In this document: positions 48,691 through 57,531 of the stretch, piece after piece
How the letters are laid out: each line of letters begins with the position of its first letter
Position numbering within the stretch: position 1 is the stretch's first letter
Source of the DNA: a bacterium
GTDB lineage: Bacteria; Sysuimicrobiota; Sysuimicrobiia; Sysuimicrobiales; Humicultoraceae
Length of the DNA stretch: 64,000 nucleotides
Direction: 5' to 3'
Assembly (NCBI GenBank): GCA_041497675.1
Contig: JBGQGY010000001.1
Span: 13,727-77,726, forward strand
Made by a program: the position numbers and the translations under genes
Notes under the pieces: generated by a model
Databases searched by the model: none
The model's input: only the letters and a program-made list of their open reading frames with translations
What the model was told of the DNA's origin: nothing

Positions 48691-49419
48691 TCAGCGGAAG
48701 CCTGGAAGGGCGCGAAGAAGACCGGAGATCAATGCTGCGGTCGCGTCGAGGATCGGTTCCTGACGCGCGGCGCGCGGCAACTCGAAGTGCAACGCCCGCT
48801 CAATCATCTCGGTCGAGAAGATCCCAAGAGTCTTGGTGCATGTGGCCGTGAAGAACAGCTGATCGGCGGGTTCAATCCGGAGGTCGAGCGCGGGGAACGA
48901 CGGTGAGCGGCGGCGGACTGCGGCGAGGAGAAGTGGATAGGCCTCTTTCAGTGCCCACGCGTCGTTGGCACCCGTGCCCTTGGCGGCGACCTCAATGTCC
49001 TGCGCCGTGCGCGGTTCGGCGTTGCCGTGGATCTCGACGTAGAGGGGCAGGCGGGCGGTGCCCGCCGCCACCCGGACCAAGCGCACATAGGTCTCGTAGG
49101 CACTTCGTGCCCGCTCGGTCAGGGGTTCGTTGGGACACATGCGCCCCGCCCCCTCGGTTGGCCGGTTGACGTTGATGCGAAGGCCGGGCGCGGTGCCACG
49201 GAAGACGATGTAGCCGGCATGAATCTGCGCCGCGGTGCTGATGGCGATCGGTGGCGTATTGATGTCATAGGTGCCGTGTGGCGCAGCGATCACGACGCCG
49301 GTGGCCGATACCAGGTATTCGAACACCCCATCTGCGGTCCGCACGACCTCCTGCGCGTGCGCCGGCGCCGGGGCCAGTGTCAGCACCAGCAGCAACGTCA
49401 AGACGCGCGTGGGGATCAT
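48691..49419 (-). CDS. Secreted hypothetical protein (possibly N-formylglutamate amidohydrolase-like fold)
   Basis: ATG 49419 with signal peptide MIPTRVLTLLLVLTLAPAPAHAQ. AAPHGTYD motif. Assignment tentative. Confidence 0.45.
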   Translation of the reverse strand: MIPTRVLTLLLVLTLAPAPAHAQEVVRTADGVFEYLVSATGVVIAAPHGTYDINTPPIAISTAAQIHAGYIVFRGTAPGLRINVNRPTEGAGRMCPNEPLTERARSAYETYVRLVRVAAGTARLPLYVEIHGNAEPRTAQDIEVAAKGTGANDAWALKEAYPLLLAAVRRRSPSFPALDLRIEPADQLFFTATCTKTLGIFSTEMIERALHFELPRAARQEPILDATAALISGLLRALPGFR

Positions 49420-49480
49420 CGCACACGGCCATTCGGGTTGCGTCGTGGAAGCCCCTTCGGGTCCCGAGAGGCGGCCGCGG

Positions 49481-49509
49481 TTGACACACGAGTGGTTCGT
49501 CTCTACGAT
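49481..49509 (+). promoter_or_regulatory. Sigma70-type promoter of the thrS leader (-35 TTGACA, 17-nt spacer, -10 TACGAT)
   Basis: Consensus -35 with a good -10. It lies about 300 nt upstream of the thrS ATG, matching the usual T-box leader length. Confidence 0.55.
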
Positions 49510-49515
49510 GGGTCG

Positions 49516-49800
49516 AGAGTTGCGTGGACGAGGACGAGTACGTCGTACGCCGACCAACCCTGATCGCCGGGGCGTGAGAGAGGCAGGGCCGATGGCTGAG
49601 AGCCCTGCCGGTCGGAACGGCGGAATACCCCCTCTGAGCAGCGCCGAACGGTCGTCGCCGACAACGATGACGCGGTAAGGCGCCGGGTGCGCCCGAGATC
49701 GCGCGGATAAGTGTCCGGCGCGCGCCGTGCACGAAGCGCGACCGGAAACGAGGGTGGAACCGCGGATGCCCGTCCCTTGAAGGGGCGGGCTGATGTGTTT
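49516..49800 (+). promoter_or_regulatory. T-box riboswitch leader (tRNA-Thr-responsive) with terminator/antiterminator
   Basis: The conserved T-box core AGGGTGGAACCGCGG lies at 49751-49765. It is immediately followed by the terminator GCCCGTCCC-TTGAA-GGGGCGGGC and a U-rich tract (49768-49800). A Stem I-like helix with GA (K-turn-like) elements spans about 49571-49645, with candidate Thr specifier ACC at 49627-49629 (ACG triplets further upstream). Confidence 0.6.
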
Positions 49801-49816
49801 TCTAGAGGAGGACAGG

Positions 49817-51736
49817 ATGGCGGAGATCAGCGTTCAACTGCCCGACGGGTCGCACCAGCAGGTGCCGGCCGGGAGCCCGGCGTCGGCGCTCGCCGAACGC
49901 CTCGGTCTGCGCGGCGTCGTGGCCGCCGTTGTGAACGGCCGGCCGCGCGATCTCGCGGCGCCGCTCGAACCCGACGCGCGCGTCGAGTTTGTGACGTTTG
50001 AGGACCCGGCGGGTCGTGAAGTCTACTGGCATTCCACGGCGCACGTGATGGCGCAGGCCGTCAAGCAGCTCTTCCCGGAGGCGAGACTCGCGATCGGGCC
50101 GCCGATCGACGACGGATTCTACTACGATTTTGATATCGGTCGGCCGTTCAGCCCCGATGACTTGGAACGCATCGAGACACGCATGCGAGAGCTCGCCGTG
50201 GCCGACCAGCGCATCGAACGCACCGAGATCCCGCGCGACGACGCGCGCCGCGAGTTCGAGTCCCGGGGCGAGGTCTACAAGCTCGAACTGCTCCGCGATA
50301 TTCCCGACGCCCGGCTGTCGTTCTATCGTCAGGACGGGTTTCAGGATATGTGCCGAGGGCCGCACCTGCCGCGCACAGGTCTGATCAAGGCGATCAAACT
50401 CCTGTCGACGTCGGGCGCATACTGGCGGGGCGACGAGCACCAGCCGATGCTGCAACGCATCTACGGCGTCTCCTATCCTGCGCAGGACCAACTTGACGCG
50501 CACCTGCACCGGCTCGAAGAGGCGCGGCGGCGCGATCACCGACGCATCGGGCGCGAGCTCGGTCTGTTTCAGATCCTGCCCGAAGTTGGTCCAGGTCTGC
50601 CGTTGTGGCTGCCAAAGGGCGCCACGGTACGGCGGATCATCGAACGATACATCGTCGACCTGGAGATCGCCTCGGGGTACGAGCACGTGTACAGTCAGGA
50701 GATCGCGTCCTCGCAGCTGTACAAACTCTCAGGGCATTGGGACCACTATCGCGAGAACATGTACCCGCCGATGCAGATCGACAACGAAGAACTCGTGTTG
50801 CGGCCGATGAACTGTCCGCATCACATCATGATGTACAAGCATGCTCAGCACTCGTATCGTGACCTGCCCGTCCGTATCGCCGAATTGGGCAAGGTCTACC
50901 GGTACGAGCGGTCGGGCGTGCTGACGGGGCTGTCGCGGGTGCGCGGGATGACGATGAACGACGCGCACATCTTCATGCGCCCCGATCAGATCAAAGACGA
51001 GATCATGGGCGTCATGCGGCTGATCCGGCAGGTCTACGCGGACTTCAAGATCGAGTCTGAGTGGTATCGGTTGTCGCTGCGGGACCCGACCGACAAGGAA
51101 CACTTCATCGACAACGATGTGTTGTGGAATCTGGCGGAGGGGATGCTGCGCGACGCGCTGACGGAGATGGCTACTCCGTTCAGGGAGGCGGTCGGCGAGG
51201 CCACGTTCTACGGACCCAAGATCGATGTGCAGGTCCCGACGGCCTTGGGCAAAGATGAGACGCTCTCGACGATCCAGCTCGACTTCTTGCTGCCGGAGCG
51301 GTTCGGTCTCGAGTACATCGGCGAGGACGGCGCCGCACACCGGCCGGTCATGATCCACCGGGCGGTGACGAGCACGATGGAGCGCTGGGTGGCGCTGCTG
51401 ATCGAGCAGTACGAGGGGCGGTTCCCGCTGTGGTTGGCTCCCGAGCAGGTCCGGGTCCTGCCGATCGCCGATCGTCACGCGGACTACGCGGCGCAGGTCA
51501 AGGGCCGGCTGACCGCTGCCGCGCTGCGGGCGGCGGTGGACGGCTCGAACCAGCGGATTTCCTATAAGATCCGCCAGGCGCAGGTCGAGCAAGTCCCGTA
51601 CATGGCCGTGGTCGGGGATAAGGAAGCGGCGGCCGGCTCGGTCGCGGTGCGCAGCCGCTCGGCCGGCGACCTGGGACCGGTGTCACTGGAACAGTTCGTC
51701 GAACAGTTGTCGCAGGAAGTCGCCTCGAAAGCGTAG
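49817..51736 (+). CDS. thrS: Threonine--tRNA ligase
   Basis: N-terminal TGS domain (MAEISVQLPDGS), second domain, class II motifs (HRDLP... RVRGMTMNDAHIF) and a C-terminal anticodon-binding domain. SD GGAGGA. Confidence 0.95.
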   Translation: MAEISVQLPDGSHQQVPAGSPASALAERLGLRGVVAAVVNGRPRDLAAPLEPDARVEFVTFEDPAGREVYWHSTAHVMAQAVKQLFPEARLAIGPPIDDGFYYDFDIGRPFSPDDLERIETRMRELAVADQRIERTEIPRDDARREFESRGEVYKLELLRDIPDARLSFYRQDGFQDMCRGPHLPRTGLIKAIKLLSTSGAYWRGDEHQPMLQRIYGVSYPAQDQLDAHLHRLEEARRRDHRRIGRELGLFQILPEVGPGLPLWLPKGATVRRIIERYIVDLEIASGYEHVYSQEIASSQLYKLSGHWDHYRENMYPPMQIDNEELVLRPMNCPHHIMMYKHAQHSYRDLPVRIAELGKVYRYERSGVLTGLSRVRGMTMNDAHIFMRPDQIKDEIMGVMRLIRQVYADFKIESEWYRLSLRDPTDKEHFIDNDVLWNLAEGMLRDALTEMATPFREAVGEATFYGPKIDVQVPTALGKDETLSTIQLDFLLPERFGLEYIGEDGAAHRPVMIHRAVTSTMERWVALLIEQYEGRFPLWLAPEQVRVLPIADRHADYAAQVKGRLTAAALRAAVDGSNQRISYKIRQAQVEQVPYMAVVGDKEAAAGSVAVRSRSAGDLGPVSLEQFVEQLSQEVASKA

Positions 51737-51839
51737 GTCCTCGCGCGAACAACGGGCGGGGATGCCGTCGCTGGCGGCGTTCCCCGCTCGAGTGACTTGA
51801 CCCCCTACAACGCCGCCGTAGTGCGCCGATCTTTGAGGT

Positions 51840-54308
51840 GTGAGAGAGAAGCTGCGCGCGGGTGCATTCGTGAACCACAAGAGTTCGGGTTACGTGGCAC
51901 CGGCCGTCTGGCTCGCCGTGGCGTTCGCTGGCGGGATCGTCCTCACCGAAAACGCTCCTGACGTTTCGGGCTGGGTCTGGCCGGCGGTCGTCGGTGCGGG
52001 TCTGCTCGGCTGTTCCGGCCTGATGGTGCGAACGCGTCCTCTGGCGTTGCTTGTGGCCGTTGTGGCCTTTGGTCTCCTAGGGATGGCCGACGCGGGATTC
52101 CACGTCGCGTCCCAGCCCACGTGGCCGCCTGCCGCCGACGGGCAGATCCTTACCGCCGCCGGCGTCGTGCGGTCTCCACCCGAACCGGCCGGGTCGGGCT
52201 GGCGCGCGGTGGTTGACCTGACCGCCATCGAGTCGGCGGCGCCGGACGCCGGCGGCGTCCGTGGATCGGTGCGGGTCGCCGGTCGCGGCGATCCGCCGCG
52301 CATCGACGTGGGGGATCGCGTGCGGCTCCGCGGTTGGTTCCGGGAGGGCCGGCCGCCGGGGAACCCCGGTGAACGCTCGGAGCGCGATGCCCTGAGGCGG
52401 CGCGGACTCTCGGGGACGATCAGCATGGGCGGCGGGTCCGTCGAGGTCATCGGGCGCGGCTCGTGGTCGGTCCAGCGCGCGATCGCCGCGATCAGACGCC
52501 GGATCGTGGACGCCGTCATGCGCGCCCTGCCCCCGCCGGACAACGGGTTGCTGCTCAGCCTGCTGCTGGGTATCGACGGCTTCATCGCGCCCGACCTCTA
52601 CCGCGAGTTCGCTCGCGCCGGGCTCGTCCACCTCATGGTGGTGTCGGGCGCGCAGGTAGCCATTGTGGCCGGCGCCGTCGCGGCCGCGGCACGGATGGGC
52701 CGGCTCTCCCGTGGAGCCTCCGCCGCGATCACCGGCGCCGGGATCGCCACGTTTGCGGTGATGGTTGGGTGGGCGCCATCCATCGGGCGCGCGGTGGTGA
52801 TGGGCGCGATCGGTCTCGCCGGCGTCGTGCTTGGGCGGCCTCGTGATCGCGGCGCCACGATCGCGGCCGGCGCGTTAGTGCTGTTGGCGTTGAACCCACC
52901 CGTGCTCTTCGACATCGGGTTTCAACTTTCGTTCGCCGCGACCTGGGGGCTGTTGTTCGCCGCCCCGGCTCTGCGCCGGCAGATCGGGGCCTGGACGGCG
53001 CCTCTTGGCCGTGTCGGCCGGCACCTGGCCGACGCCGTAAGCGTGACCCTGGGTGCGCACCTGGCCGTCACACCCCTGCTGGCCGCGCACTTCCAGACGC
53101 TCCCGCTGGCGGGGCTCGTCGCCAACGTGCTGGCCGTGCCGCTGATCGCGGTCCTCGTGCCGGCGGGGTTTGTCCTGCTCCCGCCGGTCGTGGCTGTGGA
53201 TACTGCCGGGCCGTGGCTGCTCAGTTTGCTGCGGCCGGCGCTCGCGGCCCTCTTGTGGATCACCCACGTGTTCGCGCGGTCCTCGTGGGCAGCCCTGGTC
53301 ACGCCACCGGTGCCCCCCGTGATTGTCGCGGCCTGGTACGCGCTCCTGGGCGGCGGCATCGCGGTGGCCTCCGGCGGGTGGAACCTGCCGCGATGGCGGC
53401 GGACACTAGCGGCAACGGCGGGGATCGTCGTGTTCTCCGCGTGGCATCTCGGCGCGATCCATCCGCCGCCGGTGGTGATCGTCACCGCGCTCGACGTGGG
53501 TCAAGGCGACGCCATCCTCATTCAGACCCCGGGGGGCCGGACGGTCTTGATCGACGGAGGAGGTGAACCCGGCGCTGCCCGAAGCGGGTGGGACATTGGG
53601 CAGATGCGCGTCGTGCCGGCGCTGCGCCGCGCGGGGGTGCGGCGGCTGGACATCGTCCTCCTGTCGCATCCCCACGAGGACCACGTTGGAGGACTGCCTG
53701 CGGTGATGGAGAACTTCTCGGTCGGACTCGTGCTGGATCCCGGCGTCCCGCATCCATCACCGTCGTACCTGCGCCTGCTCCGCATGACCGAAGCCGGGCG
53801 GATTGCCTACCGGAAGGCCAGGGAAGGACAACGCATCGACCTGGGCGCCGGGACATGGCTGTCGATCCTGTACCCTCCAGAATTCCCTCCAACGCTGGAC
53901 GGTGATCCCGTCCACGCGCGATCGGTCATGGCCCGGTTGACCTACGGGCGCACGGCGGTGCTGTTTGCGGGCGACATCGAGGGACCGGTCGAGCGATACC
54001 TGGTCGATCGAGGCGTCCTGCAGCAGAGTCAGGTCTTGAAAGTGGGACACCACGGCAGCAAGACGTCGACCACCCCGCTGTTGCTCGCGCACGTACGGCC
54101 GCAGATCGCGGTCATCTCCGTCGGCGCCGGCAACAGTTTCGGACACCCCCACCAGTGGACGCTCGATGCGCTGGAGGCGATCGGGGCCGTCGTCTATCGC
54201 ACCGATCACGACGGCGCGGTTCGGGTCACGAGCGACGGATCGACGGTTCGGGTGGAGACCACCCGCGCGACTGAGCAGCGAGGCGCCGGTCGTGCGCGGT
54301 TTCGTTGA
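51840..54308 (+). CDS. comEC: DNA internalisation-related competence protein ComEC/Rec2 (competence domain + metallo-beta-lactamase domain)
   Basis: Polytopic ComEC core (LVHLMVVSGAQV) and a C-terminal MBL fold (HPHEDHVGG, KVGHHGSKTS). GTG start. Confidence 0.9.
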   Translation: MREKLRAGAFVNHKSSGYVAPAVWLAVAFAGGIVLTENAPDVSGWVWPAVVGAGLLGCSGLMVRTRPLALLVAVVAFGLLGMADAGFHVASQPTWPPAADGQILTAAGVVRSPPEPAGSGWRAVVDLTAIESAAPDAGGVRGSVRVAGRGDPPRIDVGDRVRLRGWFREGRPPGNPGERSERDALRRRGLSGTISMGGGSVEVIGRGSWSVQRAIAAIRRRIVDAVMRALPPPDNGLLLSLLLGIDGFIAPDLYREFARAGLVHLMVVSGAQVAIVAGAVAAAARMGRLSRGASAAITGAGIATFAVMVGWAPSIGRAVVMGAIGLAGVVLGRPRDRGATIAAGALVLLALNPPVLFDIGFQLSFAATWGLLFAAPALRRQIGAWTAPLGRVGRHLADAVSVTLGAHLAVTPLLAAHFQTLPLAGLVANVLAVPLIAVLVPAGFVLLPPVVAVDTAGPWLLSLLRPALAALLWITHVFARSSWAALVTPPVPPVIVAAWYALLGGGIAVASGGWNLPRWRRTLAATAGIVVFSAWHLGAIHPPPVVIVTALDVGQGDAILIQTPGGRTVLIDGGGEPGAARSGWDIGQMRVVPALRRAGVRRLDIVLLSHPHEDHVGGLPAVMENFSVGLVLDPGVPHPSPSYLRLLRMTEAGRIAYRKAREGQRIDLGAGTWLSILYPPEFPPTLDGDPVHARSVMARLTYGRTAVLFAGDIEGPVERYLVDRGVLQQSQVLKVGHHGSKTSTTPLLLAHVRPQIAVISVGAGNSFGHPHQWTLDALEAIGAVVYRTDHDGAVRVTSDGSTVRVETTRATEQRGAGRARFR

Positions 54309-54507
54309 CCGCATCGCCGACGGTGTCGCGGTCGTCCTGCTCGAGGGCGGCGGGCGTGCATATCTTCCGGCCGGTCATCTACCGCGTGAGACCCAGGCCG
54401 GCAGCCTCATTGAGGTGACCATTTCGGCATTGGGGCCGATGCCGGCCGGCGAGGTCGCAGACTTGATCGAGCGTCTGCAGTCAGGCGAGCACCACCACCA
54501 TGGGTAA
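54292..54507 (+). CDS. DUF3006 family small protein
   Basis: GTG start overlapping the comEC 3' end. Pattern VDRIADGVAVVLLEGGGRAYLPAGHLP...GSLIEV fits DUF3006. The C-terminus ends EHHHHG. The stop overlaps the holA start. Confidence 0.5.
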   Translation: MRGFVDRIADGVAVVLLEGGGRAYLPAGHLPRETQAGSLIEVTISALGPMPAGEVADLIERLQSGEHHHHG

Positions 54508-55486
54508 CCGTCCGACGCTGATCATCGGTGAAGAAGACTTCCTGGCGGAAGAGGCGCTGGGCCGTCTGATCGGTCAGACGCTGCCCGACGAAGATCGCAG
54601 TCTCAACCTCGACGTGCTCGACGGCAGCACGCCAATCGGCGAGATCCTCACGCGGCTCGATACCGCACCGTTTTTTGGTCCTGCGCGCGTCGTCGTGGTC
54701 CGCAGGCTCGAAGCCATGCGTGAAGCCGACCACGACGCGCTGGTCGCCTATCTGGACCGAGGTGACGCCCCGACGGTCGCGCTATTTGTGGCGCGAGAGC
54801 TCGATCGTCGGCGGCGATTGTTTCTCACGTTTCGCAAGGCGGCCACGATCGTCGAGTGCCGGCCGTTGCCGCCGCGCGATCTCCCGTCGTGGGTCGCAGG
54901 CCGGTTCAAAGTGGTGGGCAAGCGCACCGCGCCGGGTGCCGCGGAGAGTCTGACGGCTCTCTCCGGCGGGAATCTGCGCGATCTCGATCACGAGGTCGCG
55001 AAGGTCGCGACCTACGTTGGTGACCGACCGGTGGTGACGATTGCCGACGTCGAGGCGATTGCCACGAGGCTTGGGGAGGCGTCCATCTTTACGCTCGTTG
55101 ACGCAGTGGGCGGTCGCGACGCGGCGATGGCGCTCGTGGCGCTGAACGACATCCTCTCGACGCATGAACCGTTGCAGGTGCTGTTCATGATCGCGCGGCA
55201 ATTTCGCCTGATCCTGCGCGCGCAGCAGTTGGGTGCCAAGGGCGTGCCCGCGTCGACGCTATCTGAGCAGTTGTCGATTCACCCGTTTGTCGCCAGAAAG
55301 ATCAGCGAGCAGGCACGTGGGTATCGGGACCCGCAATTCCCGGGGATCTTTGTCGCCCTGGAGGGTGCCGACCGCGCCATTAAGACGGGCAGCAAGCCAC
55401 GGCTGGTGCTGGAGATCTTGATTGTGCGGCTGTGTGACGCGGAGCGCGCCGGTGATCGACGCCCGCCCGCGGCCTGGGTAGGCTAG
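54500..55486 (+). CDS. holA: DNA polymerase III subunit delta
   Basis: Conserved position after comEC. Delta-subunit N-terminal and C-terminal domains are present. Confidence 0.85.
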   Translation: MGNRPTLIIGEEDFLAEEALGRLIGQTLPDEDRSLNLDVLDGSTPIGEILTRLDTAPFFGPARVVVVRRLEAMREADHDALVAYLDRGDAPTVALFVARELDRRRRLFLTFRKAATIVECRPLPPRDLPSWVAGRFKVVGKRTAPGAAESLTALSGGNLRDLDHEVAKVATYVGDRPVVTIADVEAIATRLGEASIFTLVDAVGGRDAAMALVALNDILSTHEPLQVLFMIARQFRLILRAQQLGAKGVPASTLSEQLSIHPFVARKISEQARGYRDPQFPGIFVALEGADRAIKTGSKPRLVLEILIVRLCDAERAGDRRPPAAWVG

Positions 55487-55725
55487 CCTTGGGCGGCCTT
55501 CAGGCGGCGCATGAGCCGGGACTTCCGGCGCGCCGCGGTGTTCGGATGGATAATACCGTGCGCGGCTGCCTTGTCGATCGCCGCTTGCGCTTCGGGCACC
55601 TGTTCCGCTTTTGTGTGCCCGGTCCGCAGCAGCGTTTTGATCCGCGACCTGACCCCGGCGTTCGCCTCGCGGCGCCTGGCCGACGTGCGCAGGTGTTTGA
55701 GTCCCGACTTGGTGCGTTTTGCCAC
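55483..55725 (-). CDS. rpsT: 30S ribosomal protein S20
   Basis: GTG start after SD GGGAGG. Basic S20 pattern (AKRTKSGLKHLRTSARRREANAGVRSRIKT..., AAHGIIHPNTAARRKSRL). The upstream extension in the ORF track is rejected. Confidence 0.85.
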   Translation of the reverse strand: MAKRTKSGLKHLRTSARRREANAGVRSRIKTLLRTGHTKAEQVPEAQAAIDKAAAHGIIHPNTAARRKSRLMRRLKAAQG

Positions 55726-55823
55726 GATGGAACCTCCCGCAGCCGCGCTCGTGACGCGGCGATCCCGCGGCATTCTAGCATGTCACCCCGGCAGGGACAA
55801 GCGCTGATCGGACTCCGGCACCC

Positions 55824-57386
55824 ATGACGGGCACCGTGCGTCTGGCTCGCGCCGCGACGCTGCTGGCCGCCGCGACGGTCGCGAGCCGCGCGCTGGGACT
55901 CGTGCGGGAGGTGGTGGTAGCGGCCCTCTTCGGCGCATCGGACGCCAAGGCCGCCTACGTCATTGGGTACTACGTCCCATTCTTCGTGCAGAGGCTCCTG
56001 ATCGGCGGCACGCTCAGCATCGTGCTGATTCCGACGCTGGCCGATGTCATCGCGCGTCGCGACGAGGAAGAGTTAGGCCGCGTCACGTCCTACCTGTTTA
56101 CCGCGGTCGTCCTCCTGGGCGTGGTGATGGTGGCCGTGGGGGAGCTGGTCGCGCCGTGGCTCATCCAGCTGGCGGCGCCGGGTTTTGCGGCGCGTCCCGG
56201 ACAGTTCGAGCTGACCACCTCGCTCACACGGATCAACTTCCTGGCGATGTTCTTTCTGGCGCTCGCCATTTTTGCGACCGCCTACCTGCAGGCCCTGCAG
56301 CGGTTTGTGGCTCCCGCGATCGCGCCGCTCGTGTTCAACGTGGTGACGATCGCCGGCACGGTGTGGTTGGGGCCTCGTTTGGGGATCGTCGGGCTGGCGG
56401 TCGCCTGGGTGGCGGGAGCGGCGGCGCAGTTCCTGGCGCAGGCCCCCGCGCTGTATCGTCAAGGTTTTCGGTTTCATCTGGCGCTTGCCTGGAATCACCC
56501 GGCCATCAGGACGGTGGGCCGTCTTGCGTTGCCCGCGATGTTCGGCCTCGCCATCGTAGAGATCAACGCCTACGTCGACAGGCTGTTCGCGTCGTTGCTG
56601 TCCCCGACACCCGGTGTCAACGCCGTCGCGGCGCTCGACTACGCATTCGAAGTCGTGCAGGCGCCCGTGGGCATCCTGGCGATCTCAGTCGCCACTGTGC
56701 TTTTCCCCGGGATGAGCCAGATCGCCGCCGCAGGGGATCGCGTGAAGCTCAGACAGACCACGTCGCTGGGGCTGCGTAGCCTGCTGTTGGTGGTGGTGCC
56801 CGTGTCCGCCGCGTTGGTCGGTTTCGCGCGGCCGCTCGTGGAGCTCGTCTTCCAGCGAGGGGAGTTCGGGCCCGCGGCGACAACAACGGTGGCCGACTGT
56901 CTGGCCGCGTTTGCCGTCGGGCTGGTGCCCATGGCCATCTACTACGTGATCACGCGAACGTTCTACGCCATGCAGGACATGCGCACGCCGGTGACCATTG
57001 GCGCGGCGATGATCGCGCTCAACGCTATCCTCGACTACGTCTTGATGCAGGTGATGGGCGTGGCCGGCGTCGCGCTGGCCACGGCCCTGGTGACGTTTGT
57101 CAACGTGGGTCTGCTGATCGCCGCGCTGCAGCGGCGCGTCGGAGGGCTGGAAGGCCGGCGGATCGCCTCCACCGCGGCGCGCGTGATCCTCGCGACCGGG
57201 GTGGCGTTTGGGGCCGCGGTCCTCGTCTTGCGGGTCGTGCAGGCGGGGCCCGCGTCAACGATGCTCGACCGGCTGCTCGTCCTCGGCACCGGAATGGGGA
57301 CGGCCGCCATCACCTATCTGGCGGCGTGTGTCCTGCTGCGGGTGGAGGAATTGAGCCTCTTGAAAGACCTGATCCGCCGGCGCTGA
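55824..57386 (+). CDS. murJ: Lipid II flippase MurJ (MviN)
   Basis: 14-TM MOP-superfamily protein with typical MurJ N-terminus (LGLVREVVVAALFGASDAKAAYVIGYYVPFF). Confidence 0.95.
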   Translation: MTGTVRLARAATLLAAATVASRALGLVREVVVAALFGASDAKAAYVIGYYVPFFVQRLLIGGTLSIVLIPTLADVIARRDEEELGRVTSYLFTAVVLLGVVMVAVGELVAPWLIQLAAPGFAARPGQFELTTSLTRINFLAMFFLALAIFATAYLQALQRFVAPAIAPLVFNVVTIAGTVWLGPRLGIVGLAVAWVAGAAAQFLAQAPALYRQGFRFHLALAWNHPAIRTVGRLALPAMFGLAIVEINAYVDRLFASLLSPTPGVNAVAALDYAFEVVQAPVGILAISVATVLFPGMSQIAAAGDRVKLRQTTSLGLRSLLLVVVPVSAALVGFARPLVELVFQRGEFGPAATTTVADCLAAFAVGLVPMAIYYVITRTFYAMQDMRTPVTIGAAMIALNAILDYVLMQVMGVAGVALATALVTFVNVGLLIAALQRRVGGLEGRRIASTAARVILATGVAFGAAVLVLRVVQAGPASTMLDRLLVLGTGMGTAAITYLAACVLLRVEELSLLKDLIRRR

Positions 57387-57448
57387 CTATCGGGAGTCTG
57401 CGCGGCGGCCGGAGCGTGGGCCCTGTGGATCGGTCGCGGACAGTTTTC

Positions 57449-57477
57449 TTGACACCCGAAAATCGCCGGTGATACGC
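57449..57477 (+). promoter_or_regulatory. Candidate sigma70 promoter of hrcA operon (-35 TTGACA; weak/extended -10 TGATACGCT)
   Basis: A consensus -35 lies 32 nt upstream of the CIRCE element. Confidence 0.4.
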
Positions 57478-57485
57478 TTTGAGCG

Positions 57486-57512
57486 TTAGCACTCTCGAGC
57501 GGAGAGTGCCAA
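57486..57512 (+). promoter_or_regulatory. CIRCE operator (TTAGCACTC-N9-GAGTGCCAA), HrcA binding site
   Basis: 9-bp inverted repeat with a 9-nt spacer and one mismatch to the consensus right arm GAGTGCTAA. It lies 20 nt upstream of the hrcA start. Confidence 0.8.
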
Positions 57513-57531
57513 CCGTAGGGGGCAAACGGGA

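Noticed and set aside
51737-51839. Possible terminator hairpin after thrS (GCGGGGA...TCCCCGC with inner GCCG/CGGC)
   Set aside because: A reasonable stem, but it is not followed by a U-tract, and comEC starts about 40 nt later with no obvious promoter. Likely read-through or a weak pause site, not confidently a terminator.
57386-57448. Intrinsic terminator after murJ (CTGTGGATCGGTCGCGGACAG followed by TTTT)
   Set aside because: Only a 4-bp stem can form with a 13-nt loop, which is too weak to call. The T-run may simply belong to the hrcA promoter upstream region.
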